A stretch of DNA of 64,000 nucleotides from an uncultured Verrucomicrobiae bacterium (GCA_963788655.1 CAWBHS010000090.1:32001-96000); one strand, 5' to 3'. Numbered from the stretch's first letter, positions 17,532-29,856 are shown. The notes: a model not told the origin generated them from the sequence alone. Numbers and translations are program-made.

Positions 17532-20500
17532 ATGGCCAACGACCGCATACTGGTGGAAGGTGCCCGGCAGAACAATCTGCAGCGACCTCTCCCTGAAATT
17601 ACCCCTGTACGAACTGATCGTCGTCACCGGCGTGTCCGGTTCCGGCAAGTCGTCCCTGGCGTTCGACACCATCTATGCCGAGGGCCAGCGCCGCTACGTC
17701 GAGACCTTCTCGCCCTATGCGCGCCAGTTCCTGGATCGAATGGACAAGCCCCAGGTGGATCGCATCGACGGCATCCCGCCGGCCATCGCCATCGACCAGA
17801 CCAATCCGGTGCGCACCTCGCGTTCCACGGTCGGCACCATGACCGAGCTCAACGATCATCTCAAATTGCTGTTCGCCCGCGCCGCCGCCCTGCACTGCCG
17901 CGGCTGCGGCGAGCCGGTGCGCCGGGACGATGCGCAGAGCATCTTGCAGACGCTGTTGCAACGCGCCGAACCCGGCGCGCGGGCGTTGATCGTGTTTCCG
18001 GTGCCGGTGCCCCACAACTTCAGCAGCGAAGAAGTGCGCGGGTTGCTGGAAAAGCAGGGCTATACCCGCATCCACAACGAGCACGACGGCACCCTGGAAG
18101 TGGTGCAGGACAGGCTGCGCCTCAGCGACGACAATCGCGCTCGCATCACCGAAGCGTTGGAGATCGCCCTCAAGACGGGCGGCGGCCATGTGCGCGTTAT
18201 CGAACTCGACGACCAGCGCGCCCCGAAGCACCAATGGCGTTTCTCCTCGCATTTGCACTGCGCCGAATGCGACATCGAATACCGCGAGCCGCTGCCCAAT
18301 CTGTTCTCGTTCAATTCCCCGATCGGCGCCTGCGACACCTGCCGCGGTTTCGGCCGGGTCATGGGCATCGACTACGACCTGGTGATTCCTGATCCCGGCA
18401 AGACCCTGGCCGAAGGCGCGGTGAAACCGTTCCAGACCGACAGTTACATCGAATCCCAGGGCGATCTGATGCGCTATGCGCGCAAACGCGGCATCCCCAC
18501 CGACGTGCCGTGGCGGAAGTTGAACGAAAGCCAGCGGCGCTGGGTGATCGAAGGCGAAGGCGACTGGGACGAAAAAGTCTGGTACGGCGTGCGCCGGTTC
18601 TTCGACTGGCTCGAATCCAAGAGCTACAAGATGCACATCCGCGTGCTGCTATCCAAGTACCGCTCCTACGACCGCTGCCCCGACTGCGAAGGCGCCCGGC
18701 TCAAGGACGAAGCCTTGTGGTGGCGCCTGGGCAGCCGCGACGATGCCTTGCAGGCCCTGCCCGAGACCCAGCGTTTCCAGCCGCCGCGCATGCAACTGGA
18801 TCAAGCGACCTTCAGCGCCTTGCCCGGCTTGACCGTCCACGATGTGATGCTGCTGCCGCTGGATCGCTGCAGCGCATTGTTCGATCAACTGCACTTGCCG
18901 CAACCGTTGGATCAGGCAACCGATCTGCTGCTGGGCGAGATCCGCAGCCGCCTGCGTTATCTCACCGATGTCGGTCTCGGTTACCTGACCCTGGACCGCC
19001 AGTCACGCACCCTGTCCGGCGGTGAAGTACAGCGCATCAATCTCACCACGGCGCTCGGCACCTCGCTGGTGAACACCTTGTTCGTGTTGGACGAACCATC
19101 CATCGGTCTGCACCCGCGCGACATGCACCGGGTGATCGGTGTCATGCACAAGCTGCGCGACGCCGGCAACTCCCTGCTGGTGGTGGAACACGATCCGCAG
19201 GTGATGCTGGCCGCCGACCGCATTCTCGACATCGGTCCGGGTCCCGGCGAACGGGGCGGCAGGAAAATGTTCTTCGGCACGCCGCAGAAACTGCTGGCCC
19301 ACAAGCGTTCGCTGACGGCGCGCTATCTTCGCGGCGATCTGACCGTGGCCGAAGCCGCACCGCCCAATCCGCCCGACGCCGACGGCCGTTGGCTGGAAAT
19401 CAAGGGCGCGCGGGAACACAATCTGCAGAGTGTGGATGCCGCGATTCCGTTGCAGCGCCTGGTGGCGATTACAGGTGTGTCCGGCTCGGGCAAATCCACC
19501 CTGATCCAGGATGTGCTCTACAACGCTTTGCGCAAGCGTAAAGGCAAACCGGTGGAACCGCCCGGCGCCCACGATGCCATCGTCGGTGATGACGAAATCG
19601 ACGACGTGGTGCTGGTGGACCAGTCGCCCATCGGCAAGACCGCGCGCTCCAACCCCGCCAGTTACGTCGGCGCATTCGATGGCATCCGCAAACTGTTCGC
19701 CGCCGAACCACTGGCGAAGGAACGCGGTTACACGCCGGGCACGTTCAGTTTCAACTCCGGCACCGGACGCTGCCCGACCTGCAACGGGTCCGGTTTCGAA
19801 CACGTGGAAATGCAGTTCCTGTCCGACGTCTACATCCGCTGTCCCGACTGCGACGGCAAGCGCTACCGCCCGGAAGTGCTAGAAGTGAAACTGCTGCCCG
19901 GCAAGTCCATCGCCGACGTGCTGGCCATGACGGTGTCGGAGGCCATAGACTTTTTCGCCGGTCACGCCGACGTCCTGGCGGCGCTGGAACCTTTGGCCGC
20001 AGTGGGGTTGAGCTATCTGCGCCTGGGACAACCGGTGCCGACCCTTTCCGGTGGCGAAGCCCAGCGCCTGAAGCTGGCCGGCTTTCTCGCCAAAGCCAAA
20101 GGTAATGGAAAAAAGGCGCTGTCGGGACCGCGTCTGTTCCTGTTCGACGAGCCCACCACCGGACTGCACTTCGACGATATCGCCACCTTACTGCGCGCCT
20201 TCCGCGCGCTGCTGGCCGAAGGCCATTCCCTGGTGGTGATCGAACACAACCTCGACGTCATAGCCGCCAGCGACTGGATCATCGACCTGGGGCCCGAAGG
20301 CGGCGACGGCGGCGGACGGATTCTGTGCAGCGGCACACCGGCCCAGGTCGCCGCCGATGCCGAAAGCCATACCGGCAAAGCATTGCGCGACTACGCCGCC
20401 GACAATGCGGCGCTGCGCCAGCAGGCTCTGCTGCCGGCGCCGGCCGCGCGCGAGAAAGTAAAAGCCCACGATGCCATCGAGATTCGGCACGCTCGCGAAC

Positions 20501-23103
20501 ACAACCTGCGCAACGTCGACATCCGCATCCCCCGCGACAAGTTCACGGTCATTACCGGCGTCTCCGGTTCCGGCAAAAGCACCGTGGCCTTCGACATTTT
20601 GTTCAACGAAGGTCAGCGCCGCTATCTGGAATCGTTGAATGCCTATGCGCGCCAATTCGTGCAGCCGTCGGCGCGGCCCGATGTGGATGCCGTGTACGGC
20701 ATTCCGCCCACGGTCGCCATCGAACAGCGCACCAGCCGCGGCGGCCGCAAGAGCACCGTCGCCACCATGACCGAGATCTATCACTTCCTGCGCCTGCTGT
20801 TCGTCAAGCTCGGCACCCAGTACTGTCCCGAGTGCGACGTGCCGATCGAGCCCCAGACCCTGGAAGCGATCGTCGCCCAGTTGCAGCGCAGCTACCGCGA
20901 ACGCACCGTGCAGCTGTATGCGCCGCTGGTGGTGGCGCGCAAAGGCTATTACACCGATTTGGCGAAATGGGCTGCGGCCAAGGGTTTCCAACAGCTTCGG
21001 GTGGACGGCGAACTGCTGCCCACCGAACCGTGGCCGCGGCTGGATCGTTTCGCCGAACACGATATCGATCTGCCCTTGGGCGAAGTGCGCGTGCAGAGCC
21101 GCAATGAGACGGCGCTGCGCGACGCCCTGCGCCAGGCGCTCGAATACGGCAATGGCCGAGTGCGGGTGGCGAACATGGGCAAAGGCAAACACCGGGAAAC
21201 CATCTTCTCCACCGAGCGCGCCTGCCCCGGTTGCGGCACCAGCTTCGACGAACTGGACCCGCGCATGTTTTCCTACAACTCCAAGCACGGCTGGTGTCCG
21301 TCGTGTTTCGGCACCGGCATGGAACTGCAGGATTTCGACGAACAACAGACCGGCGAGGAAATCTGGTGGAACGACTGGTACGAAGGCGGCGAGCATGTCT
21401 GTCCCGAGTGCGAAGGCCAGCGCCTGCGGCCGGAAGCGCTGGCGGTGCGCTTCCATGACCGCTCCATTGCCGAATACGCCGCCCTGCCCGTCGCTGCTGC
21501 GGAAAAACATTTCGACAAACTGCGTCTGCGCGGCCGGGACGCCGAAATCGCCCGGGACCTGCTGGCGGAATTGCAGGCGCGGCTGCGCTTTCTGAACGAA
21601 GTCGGCCTGGGCTATCTGGGCCTGGACCGCGCCGCGCCGACCCTGTCCGGCGGCGAAGCCCAGCGCATCCGGCTCGCTTCGCAACTGGGCTCGAACCTGC
21701 GCGGCGTGTGTTACATCCTCGACGAACCCACCATCGGTCTGCATCCGCGGGACAACCGGATGCTGCTCGATACCTTGCGCAAGCTGGAAGACAAAGGCAA
21801 TACGGTGGTGGTGGTGGAACACGACGAAGACACCATCCGCAGCGCCCAGCATGTGGTCGACCTCGGGCCGGGCGCCGGCGTCCAGGGCGGTCGGGTGGTC
21901 ACCGAAGGCACGGTGCGGCAGTTGATGAACGCACCGGACTCGGTCACCGGCCGCGCGCTGGCCCATCCGCTACAGCATCCCATGCTGCCGCGGCGGCCGA
22001 CCTCGTTGCGGGCGAAGACCGCTCCCGCCGCCGTGGATACACTCACGGTGGTGGCCGCCAACCTCCACAACCTGAAAAACGTCAACGCCAAGTTTCCGCT
22101 GCAGCGGCTGGTGTGCGTCAGCGGCGTCTCCGGCAGCGGCAAGAGTTCCCTGGTGCGCGACGTGCTGCGCGACAACGTGCAGCAACTGGTGGCGCGCAGG
22201 CGGCGAAAACGCGCGGCACTCCACGGTTGTCGTGAATTACTGGGCGCGGAACACATCGACCGGGTGCTGGAAGTGGACCAGACGCCCATCGGCAAAACGC
22301 CGCGTTCCTGCCCCGCCACCTACATCGGCATCTGGGACCGGGTGCGCAAGCTGTTCGCCGCGACTCCGGAAGCGCGTATTCGCGCCTACGGCCCTGGTCG
22401 GTTCTCGTTCAACACTTCCGGTGGGCGCTGTGAAGGCTGCGATGGCCAGGGCTTCAAGAAAATCGAAATGAGTTTCCTGCCGGACGTGAAGGTGCCCTGC
22501 GAAGTGTGCGGCGGTGCGCGCTTCAATGCCGAAACCATGACCGTGACCTACAAGGACAACAACGTTGCCGAAGTGCTGGCCATGGACGTGGACGAGGCGG
22601 TGACGTTCTTCCAGGCCCATCCGGCGATTCATCATCCGCTGCGCTTGTTGCAGGACGTGGGTCTTGGCTATCTGACCCTCGGCCAGCCGAGCCCGACCTT
22701 GTCGGGCGGTGAAGCACAACGCATCAAACTGGTCACCGAACTTGCCAAAGCCCGTCCGGTGGACGATGCCCGTGCCGCCGGCGACGCGAAACCGCGCAAC
22801 GGTCGGCAAACGTTGTATGTGCTGGACGAACCGACCGTGGGTCTGCACATGGCGGACGTGGAAAAGCTGATTCGGGTACTGCACCGGTTGGTGGATGCCG
22901 GGCACTCGGTGGTGGTGATCGAACACAACCTCGATGTATTGGCGGAAGCCGACTGGTTGATCGACCTGGGGCCGGAAGGCGGCGACGGTGGCGGACGTAT
23001 CGTTGCGCAGGGGCCGCCGGAGCAGGTTGCGGCAACGAAGGCGAAGTCCCATACCGCCCGCATTCTGGGAGAATTTCTCAGCGAACGCGGCTGGCGCAAT
23101 TGA
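17532..23103 (+). CDS. uvrA: Excinuclease ABC subunit A, double-length form (apparent frameshift near 17580)
   Basis: Four GVSGSGKS Walker A motifs, four LSGGE signatures and multiple CxxC fingers. N-terminus [16 protein letters not shown] lies in another frame from 17532. Confidence 0.93.
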
Positions 23104-23139
23104 ACCGCGCAGAGTACAGCCGGGGACAAAATTTCACGC

Positions 23140-23172
23140 AAAAAAAAACCAGGCCGGTCTCAGACCGGCCTG
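23140..23172 (-). terminator. Rho-independent terminator
   Basis: CAGGCCGGTCT/AGACCGGCCTG stem followed by a T-run on the minus strand, between convergent genes. Confidence 0.8.
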
Positions 23173-23191
23173 CCGATCGACTCCGCTACGC

Positions 23192-23816
23192 TCAGCGCTG
23201 ACGCCGCCGGCGCGTGGCACTCGTTGCCAGACCCGCGACCGCGATTCCCAGCAAGCTCAACATACCTGGTTCCACTACCGATTGGGGCGGCGAATCGCCA
23301 CCGTCAACGCCGAAGATGGAAATGTGAGAGATCGACCCATTACTGAGCCAGAGATCGTCGAACAGCAGATTCTCGGTACCGTTCCAGCCGAGGGCGAGCA
23401 GCATCCCAAGCGTACCATCCCGGTGTGTTGCGGCCGTCCTTCGCCAGCGCCCAGAGCTCAGAATAATTCGACGGATGAATGTATGCCGCCGACGCTCCCA
23501 AATAGGTCATGAGCGCATCCTGTGGATCGGTAGTGGGCGAAAACGCCGTGTCGTAGGAATCTGCGAATGTCTTTTCGTCGAGACCGCCGGCGTTGCTCTT
23601 GTAGAGCTCAGTCAGCGAAACGTTTGCGCATCCACTCCCTTCGAGCGCGAAAATCACCGTGGGTGTCGAATTTTCGTTGCCTATACAGTCATAATTAGTC
23701 GTATCGAGCGTTACCGTAGCGCCGGCTTGCACGCTCATCAGGCTCAACGCCAGCGCTGCCATCACCCAACCACTGCTTTTGACTACCATCTCCGAACTAG
23801 TGTTCTTGATGCTCAT
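23192..23816 (-). CDS. PEP-CTERM-like exosortase substrate (apparent frameshift near 23404)
   Basis: Signal peptide. ORFs 23340-23846 and 23192-23404 join after WYAWD. C-terminus VVEPGMLSLLGIAVAGLATSATRRRRQR (motif, TM, basic tail). Confidence 0.75.
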
Positions 23817-24338
23817 GTTACGGATCCCCACGGCTCCGATCTGCATTGGAATTCCCGTTACAGTTGCAGCAAGGCGCGTGCGACAGCAAGTTTATCCCGC
23901 TGCAATAGACACTTACAAAAATCGATCAGCAAATGCTGTATAGCGCGCCGACGGCTGCGCCGAGCCTCAAAACGAACCTCCTTGGTGCGACTCGTGATCG
24001 TTCCCGCTCTGGTTCGATTACAACCGTGACTTAGGTAATAGAGCGCGTATGACCAATGGAATAGACTGGCTCTCGAAACGGCGAATCATCGGCTGGAGCC
24101 GATCCGATATCGTCTACAGCGATCCGTAAAGGAATCTGACGACATGCGCGTGTGTGCCGTTGCAGGTCAACGCAAGGTACCGGCAGTTGGAAATCGCACG
24201 AATTGCGCGCAGTACCGTCGTTGAAACTGCCACACAAACCGCGCTGCCCCGCGCAGTGCTGGCATGGCGACAACGCTTCCGGTAACCTCGCTTGCCACGC
24301 TATACAACTGCACAGCTGCCCTATTCCCTATTTCTTTC

Positions 24339-25688
24339 ATGAGCATTGCCCAATATGAAGTCGTAATCATCGGTGGCGGCATTTCCGGCTGCGCTTTGTT
24401 CTTTACCTTGGCGCGCTACACCGACGTGGCCTCGGTGGCGTTGTTCGAAAAGTACGACAGCATTGCGCCGTTGAATTCCAGCGCCCGCGCCAACAGCCAG
24501 ACCTTGCACTGCGGCGATATCGAGACCAATTACACGCTCGAGAAGGCTATCAGGGTCAATCAGATTGCCGGCATGATCCTGCGCTACGGCGAACTCATGC
24601 CCGACGCCCGCGAAGCGATGCGCGTCTATCCGAAAATGGTGCTCGGCGTCGGCGAGCGCGAAGTGGATTATGTGCGCCGCCGGCACGGCGAATTCGCGGA
24701 CGCGTTTCCCTACATGGAACTTTGGGAGGCGCAGCGCATCGCCGAACTCGAGCCGGCAGTGGCATTGCTGGACGGGCGCCGGCGGCCGGAACCCATTGTG
24801 GCCAGCGGTACGACCACCGAAGTGTGCGCCGTCGACTACGGCAAGCTATCGAGTTCGTTGGTCCGCAATGCCGAAGCCGAAAACAAGAAAACCGATCTGC
24901 ACCTGGGCACCAAAGTGCAGTCCATAGTCGAACACGACGGGGAATTTGTGCTCGCCACCGACCGCGGCACCGTACAGGCGCGGTCGCTGGTCATTTCCGC
25001 CGGGCCGCACAGCCTGCTCTACGCCCATCGCATGGGTTACGGCCTGCAATATTCCATCCTGCCGATGGCCGGCAGCTTCTATTTCGTTCCCAAACGCATC
25101 AACGGCAAAGTGTATACGGTGCAGAATCCGAAGCTGCCCTTCGCGGCACTGCACGCCGATCCTGACCTCACCGTTCCGGACCGCACCCGGATCGGTCCCA
25201 CTGCGCTGCTGCTGCCGAAAATGGAACGCTACCGCCCGGGCACGTATGGTGAATTTCTCAAGGTGCTGAAGCCGGACATGGGCGTGGCACGGGTGTTCTG
25301 GGATCTGCTGAAGGATCGGGACATCCGCAATTACATCGTGCGCAATATTCTGTTCGAAGTACCGCTGGTGCGGCGCCGGTTGTTCCTCAAGGACGTGCGC
25401 AAAATCATTCCGTCACTGACGCTGAAGGAACTGGAATTTGCCAAGGGTTACGGCGGTCTGCGGCCCCAGGTCATCGACCGGGAAAATGCCCGCCTGCAGC
25501 TGGGCGAAGCGTCGATCAACCCGGGCACGGGCGTCATCTTCAATCTCACCCCGTCGCCAGGGGCCTCCACCTGCCTGGGCAATGCCTATCGCGACGCCCT
25601 GTCGGTCACGGCCCACACCGGCCGCACCCTGGACCGAGACCGCCTGGTTCGGGAACTGCTCGGCAACGAGGAAATGTTTCCGGTCTGA
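24339..25688 (+). CDS. FAD-dependent oxidoreductase, malate:quinone oxidoreductase-like
   Basis: IIGGGISG, NSQTLHCGDIETNY, KVYTVQNPKLPFAALH, GGLRPQ, TPSPGASTCLGNA. Confidence 0.8.
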   Translation: MSIAQYEVVIIGGGISGCALFFTLARYTDVASVALFEKYDSIAPLNSSARANSQTLHCGDIETNYTLEKAIRVNQIAGMILRYGELMPDAREAMRVYPKMVLGVGEREVDYVRRRHGEFADAFPYMELWEAQRIAELEPAVALLDGRRRPEPIVASGTTTEVCAVDYGKLSSSLVRNAEAENKKTDLHLGTKVQSIVEHDGEFVLATDRGTVQARSLVISAGPHSLLYAHRMGYGLQYSILPMAGSFYFVPKRINGKVYTVQNPKLPFAALHADPDLTVPDRTRIGPTALLLPKMERYRPGTYGEFLKVLKPDMGVARVFWDLLKDRDIRNYIVRNILFEVPLVRRRLFLKDVRKIIPSLTLKELEFAKGYGGLRPQVIDRENARLQLGEASINPGTGVIFNLTPSPGASTCLGNAYRDALSVTAHTGRTLDRDRLVRELLGNEEMFPV

Positions 25689-25742
25689 CGCCCCGCCAAC
25701 CCTGTTCTAAGCTGGGACGACGTGCTCACCCACAGGAACGCC

Positions 25743-26560
25743 ATGGAATCCTCCGCTGAACTTTGGGACGACCAGGACCTTGCCGATTTGCGCTGGGCGT
25801 ATCGTTACCTCGAACATCCTTCCTTCGCGGCGAAACTGAGCAGCCTGATCGGGGTTCCTATGGATCAAGCCGTGGGGATGCTGCCGGAAAAATGGAGGAA
25901 GGTGGTGCAAAGCGCGGTGGAAACCAGCTTACAGCACATCACCGAAACCGCGATCCGTTCCCTGCCCCCGTCCTACGAAGGCGAATCGAAGGACCGCTTC
26001 CACAAGCTGCTTGCCGGCGGCAGCGGCGCCCTCGGCGGCTTCTTCGGCGCCATGGGCCTGGCAGCGGAGTTGCCGGTCACCACAGGGTTGATGTTGCGCT
26101 CCATCGCCGACGTCGCCCGCTGCCAGGGCGAGAACCTCGACAGCCTGGAGGCACGAATGGCGTGTGTGGAAGTGTTCGCCCTCGGCGGCCGCACCGCGAT
26201 GACGACGCCACCGAATCCGGTTATTACGGCTTGCGCTTGGCGTTGAGCATGCAGTTGTCGAATATACTCAAATCCGGAGGCGGATTCGGCATACCCGCAG
26301 CCAGCAATTTTCTGCGCAGCGTCGCCGCGCGCTATGGAGTGGTGGTTTCAAACAAGGCGGCGGCGCAGCTGGTGCCGGTCGCCGGCGCAGTGACCGGCGC
26401 CGCATTGAACGTTTTATTCCTGGATCACTTTCAGGACGTAGCCCGCGGCCATTTCACCATCAGGCGTCTGGAACGCAAATACGGCAGCGCGCCGGTGCAG
26501 GCCGCTTTCGAACGACTGCGCCAAGAAGAAGACAGCCGACAGAAACAGGTGATGCCCTAG
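25743..26560 (+). CDS. EcsC family protein (apparent frameshift near 26195)
   Basis: ELPVTTGLMLRSIADVA and CVEVFALGG, continuing in another frame as ESGYY...AAQLVPVAGA...FQDVARGHFTIRRLERKYG. Confidence 0.82.
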
Positions 26561-26564
26561 CAGT

Positions 26565-27000
26565 TCACGCGACCTGGGACTGTTTTCGCGCTAATTCCCG
26601 GGCCTGGGATTTCATCAATTCGACGATCGCATATACGCCTACGTGGCGATTGGGCGACAGATGCTCATCGAGATTGAGACGCTCGAATACCTCGTCCACG
26701 TCCGAGTGTTTGTACTTCGCGCATGGTCTTGCCCGACGCCATCTTGATCAACAAAGCCAGCACGCCTTTGATCACAGCGGTATCACAATCGCCATGGTAG
26801 TGCAGCTTGGTGCGGTCGGCGGGATCGACGAATGCTTGCACCCACACCTGGCTCATGCAGCCCTTGACCCGGTTGTCTTCGGATTTCTCCTCATCCGGCA
26901 TGGGCTCCATCTGCTCACCCAGCTCCACCAGATACTGGTAGCGGGCATCCCAGTCACCCAGCATCTCGAAGATTTCGACGATTTCGTCCAGCTCTCGCAT
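26565..27000 (-). CDS. sufE: SufE family cysteine desulfuration acceptor (apparent frameshift near 26703)
   Basis: DWDARYQYLVELG, VKGCMSQVW, DTAVIKG. Removing one G restores LDVDEVFERLNLDEHLSPNRHVG...QVA*. Confidence 0.82.
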
Positions 27001-27035
27001 CCGTTTATCTCCAGCAGCCCGAAGCGGCCCTTTCA

Positions 27036-27362
27036 CTACACGCTGAAAGACTCGCCGCAGCCGCAGGAATCCTTGACGTTGGGATTCCGGAATTCGAAAC
27101 CCTCGTTGAGGATATTGCTCTTGACGTAATCGAGCTCCATACCATCGAGGCGCGGCAAACTGGCGCGGTCGACCACCACTTTGACGCCGTGGTCTTCAAA
27201 CACCACATCCTGTTCACTCACCTCGTCGGCATAATCCACCAGATAGGCGAATCCGCTGCAGCCGCTTTTCTTCGTGCCCAAGCGCAGGCCGATGCCGCTG
27301 CCGCGCTTCTCCAGCATGCGCTGAATGTGCTGGGCTGCGTTTTCCGTCAACTGAATGGCCAT
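27036..27362 (-). CDS. sufA: A-type Fe-S carrier (SufA/IscA)
   Basis: GCSG and CGCGESF motifs, within the suf operon. Confidence 0.88.
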   Translation of the reverse strand: MAIQLTENAAQHIQRMLEKRGSGIGLRLGTKKSGCSGFAYLVDYADEVSEQDVVFEDHGVKVVVDRASLPRLDGMELDYVKSNILNEGFEFRNPNVKDSCGCGESFSV

Positions 27363-27377
27363 TCAAACCTCCTGCAA

Positions 27378-27749
27378 TCAAAACATATCCAGCATGAACC
27401 GCGCTTCTTCGGACATTCGGTCCTGGGTCCAGGGCGGGTCCCATACCAATTCAACGTCGGCGTCGGTCACACCTTCCACTTTGCGCACCGTTTGCGCCAC
27501 CATGCCGGGCATGGTGCCGGCCACCGGACAGGCCGGCGCGGTCAGGGTCATCTTGATTTCGACCCGGCCGGTTTCGGGATCGACATCGGTTTCATAGATC
27601 AAACCCAGGTCGTAGATATTGACCGGCAATTCCGGGTCGTAGACCGTTTTCAATGCCGCGATTACCCGTTCCTCCAGCGTACCACCTTCCGCGGCCGCAT
27701 CGGGACGATTGAGATCGGGTTGGAAATTGACCGGTTTGCTGCTGCTCAT
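27378..27749 (-). CDS. SUF Fe-S assembly protein, DUF59/SufT-like
   Basis: VYDPELPVNIYDLGLIY, MTLTAPACP, LVWDPPW. Confidence 0.88.
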   Translation of the reverse strand: MSSSKPVNFQPDLNRPDAAAEGGTLEERVIAALKTVYDPELPVNIYDLGLIYETDVDPETGRVEIKMTLTAPACPVAGTMPGMVAQTVRKVEGVTDADVELVWDPPWTQDRMSEEARFMLDMF

Positions 27750-27760
27750 GAGCGTGCCAC

Positions 27761-29107
27761 TCAAATATCGACTGCTACATGTTCCAGTGCATCCTGCAAA
27801 CGTCGCTCGGCGCGTTCGCGGAGCCCTTCGATCTCGCAACTGTCGAAAATTTCCCGGGCAAAACCCAGGCACAGCATTTTGCGCGCCTCGCCCACCTCGA
27901 TGCCCCGCGAACGCAAATAGAATAGATGCTGCGGGTCGAGCTGTCCGACCGTGGTGCCATGACTGCACTTGACGTCGTCGGCATAAATCTCGAGTTGCGG
28001 CTTGGTGTCCACTTCCGCACTTCTGGTCAACAACAGGTTGTTGTTGGACAGTTGCGCGTCGGTCTTTTGCGCATCCTGGGAGACGAGAATCCGGCCGTCG
28101 AAAACCGCCCGCCCTTTGCCGTGCAAAATCCCGCGGAAATTTTCGCGGCTGGTGCAACCGGGTACGTGATGCATCACATTGAGGTGGAAGTCCACCAACT
28201 GCCGGTCGCCCGCAAGGTACAACCCATCCAGTTCGCAATTGGCGCCTTCGCCCTGGAAGTCGACATTGAAGTCGGTTCGCGACCAGGCGCCGCCCAAAGC
28301 GATGCTGGTCGAGCGGTAGACGCTACCGGCCTGCTGGCGCAGAAACAAACTGCTCAGGTGAAAAGCGCCGGTGCTTTCTTCCTGGAGCCGGTAGTGCGTG
28401 AGCTCGGCTCGCGGCTCCAGCAATAATTCGCTGACGCTGTTGTTGAAATACATGGACTGGCCGAAGCTGGCCTGCCGTTCGATCAGGGTTGCCCGCGCAC
28501 CCTCTTCAAGGACGATCAGATTGCGCGGCTGGGCGACGATGGCGTCCTCGAGGCCCTCACTGAGAAACAGCGCTTCGATCGGCTTGTCGAGCTGCATGTC
28601 GCGCGGAACGATCACCACCAGGCCGTCATTGATCAGGGCCGTGTTGAGATTGTTGAACACATGGCTCTCATCGCTCGCAGCCGAATGCAGCCATTGCGCG
28701 GCCTGCTCCGGTTCCGACTCGAGTAGCGCACGCAGGCTTTGCACACGAACGCCCTTCGGCAAGCCTTCCAACTGCGACAAGGACTCGACCAGTCGACCGT
28801 TTGCAAACACCAGGCGATATGCATCCAGATCTTCGATGGTGACCTCGTCGAGGTCGGATTCGATCAACGCCGTGAACGGCTCCAGACTGATGTTGAAATC
28901 GGTCTGCAACAAAGAATCGAGCCCGGTATAGCGCCAAGCCTCGGACTTCTTGGTCGGAAATCCACTACGGACCAAAGCTTCGCTGGCGCTGTTGCGCTTC
29001 TGCTCCAGCCACGCCTGATCGGTGGCCGGAAGCCCAGCATGCGCATTGCGAATCAGCGCTTGATAGCGCTCGACCGCAGCGGGCGAGTTGCCGGCCGCTG
29101 CACTCAT
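27761..29107 (-). CDS. sufD: Fe-S cluster assembly protein SufD
   Basis: EAWRYT, KPQLEIYADDVKCSHG, FYLRSRGI. Confidence 0.93.
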   Translation of the reverse strand: MSAAAGNSPAAVERYQALIRNAHAGLPATDQAWLEQKRNSASEALVRSGFPTKKSEAWRYTGLDSLLQTDFNISLEPFTALIESDLDEVTIEDLDAYRLVFANGRLVESLSQLEGLPKGVRVQSLRALLESEPEQAAQWLHSAASDESHVFNNLNTALINDGLVVIVPRDMQLDKPIEALFLSEGLEDAIVAQPRNLIVLEEGARATLIERQASFGQSMYFNNSVSELLLEPRAELTHYRLQEESTGAFHLSSLFLRQQAGSVYRSTSIALGGAWSRTDFNVDFQGEGANCELDGLYLAGDRQLVDFHLNVMHHVPGCTSRENFRGILHGKGRAVFDGRILVSQDAQKTDAQLSNNNLLLTRSAEVDTKPQLEIYADDVKCSHGTTVGQLDPQHLFYLRSRGIEVGEARKMLCLGFAREIFDSCEIEGLRERAERRLQDALEHVAVDI

Positions 29108-29856
29108 GCCGCGTCCTCCTCGACGAGCCAGCCGTAGCCTTTCTCTTCCAGCTCGTGGGCGAGTTCCTTGCCACCGGAGCGCACGATGCGGCCGCCGGCG
29201 AGCACATGGACGTAGTCCGGCTCGATGTAATCGAGCAAGCGCTGATAGTGGGTCACCACGATCATGGAGCGTTCCGGGCTGCGCAGGGCATTGACGCCGT
29301 CGGCCACGATCCGCAGCGCATCGATATCGAGGCCGGAATCGGTTTCGTCCAGAATCGCCAGCTTCGGCTCCAACAGCGCCATCTGCAAAATCTCGTTGCG
29401 TTTCTTTTCGCCTCCCGAGAAACCGGCGTTGACGGAGCGCTTGAGCAGCTTCTCGTCCAAGTTCACGAGCTTGGCCTTGTCCCGCACCAGTTTCATGAAC
29501 GTCACCGCATCCAGCTCCGGCTGGCCGTTGGCTTTGCGAACGGCATTCAGCGAAGCCTTGAGGAAGGTCATGTTACCGACACCCGGCAGTTCCACCGGGT
29601 ATTGCATGGCCAAGAACAAGCCATGATGGGCACGCTCCTCGGTTTCCATTTCCAGCAGATTCTCGCCTTCGAACAGAACTTCTCCGTCGGTGACTTCGTA
29701 GCCCTCACGACCTGACAATACATGGGCCAGGGTGCTCTTGCCGGAGCCGTTGGGCCCCATGATGGCGTGCACTTCGCCCGACTTCACATGCAAATCCAAG
29801 CCCTTGAGGATGGGCTTTTCGTCGACGTTCACCTTCAAACCTTTTACGGACAGCAT
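29104..29856 (-). CDS. sufC: Fe-S cluster assembly ATPase SufC
   Basis: GPNGSGKST, FSGGEKKRNE, LDETDSGLDIDAL. Confidence 0.95.
   Translation of the reverse strand: MLSVKGLKVNVDEKPILKGLDLHVKSGEVHAIMGPNGSGKSTLAHVLSGREGYEVTDGEVLFEGENLLEMETEERAHHGLFLAMQYPVELPGVGNMTFLKASLNAVRKANGQPELDAVTFMKLVRDKAKLVNLDEKLLKRSVNAGFSGGEKKRNEILQMALLEPKLAILDETDSGLDIDALRIVADGVNALRSPERSMIVVTHYQRLLDYIEPDYVHVLAGGRIVRSGGKELAHELEEKGYGWLVEEDAA

Noticed and set aside
24049..24129. Short ORF MTNGIDWLSKRRIIGWSRSDIVYSDP resembling an IS3 integrase-core fragment
   Set aside because: Too short, imperfect spacing, and no other IS features.
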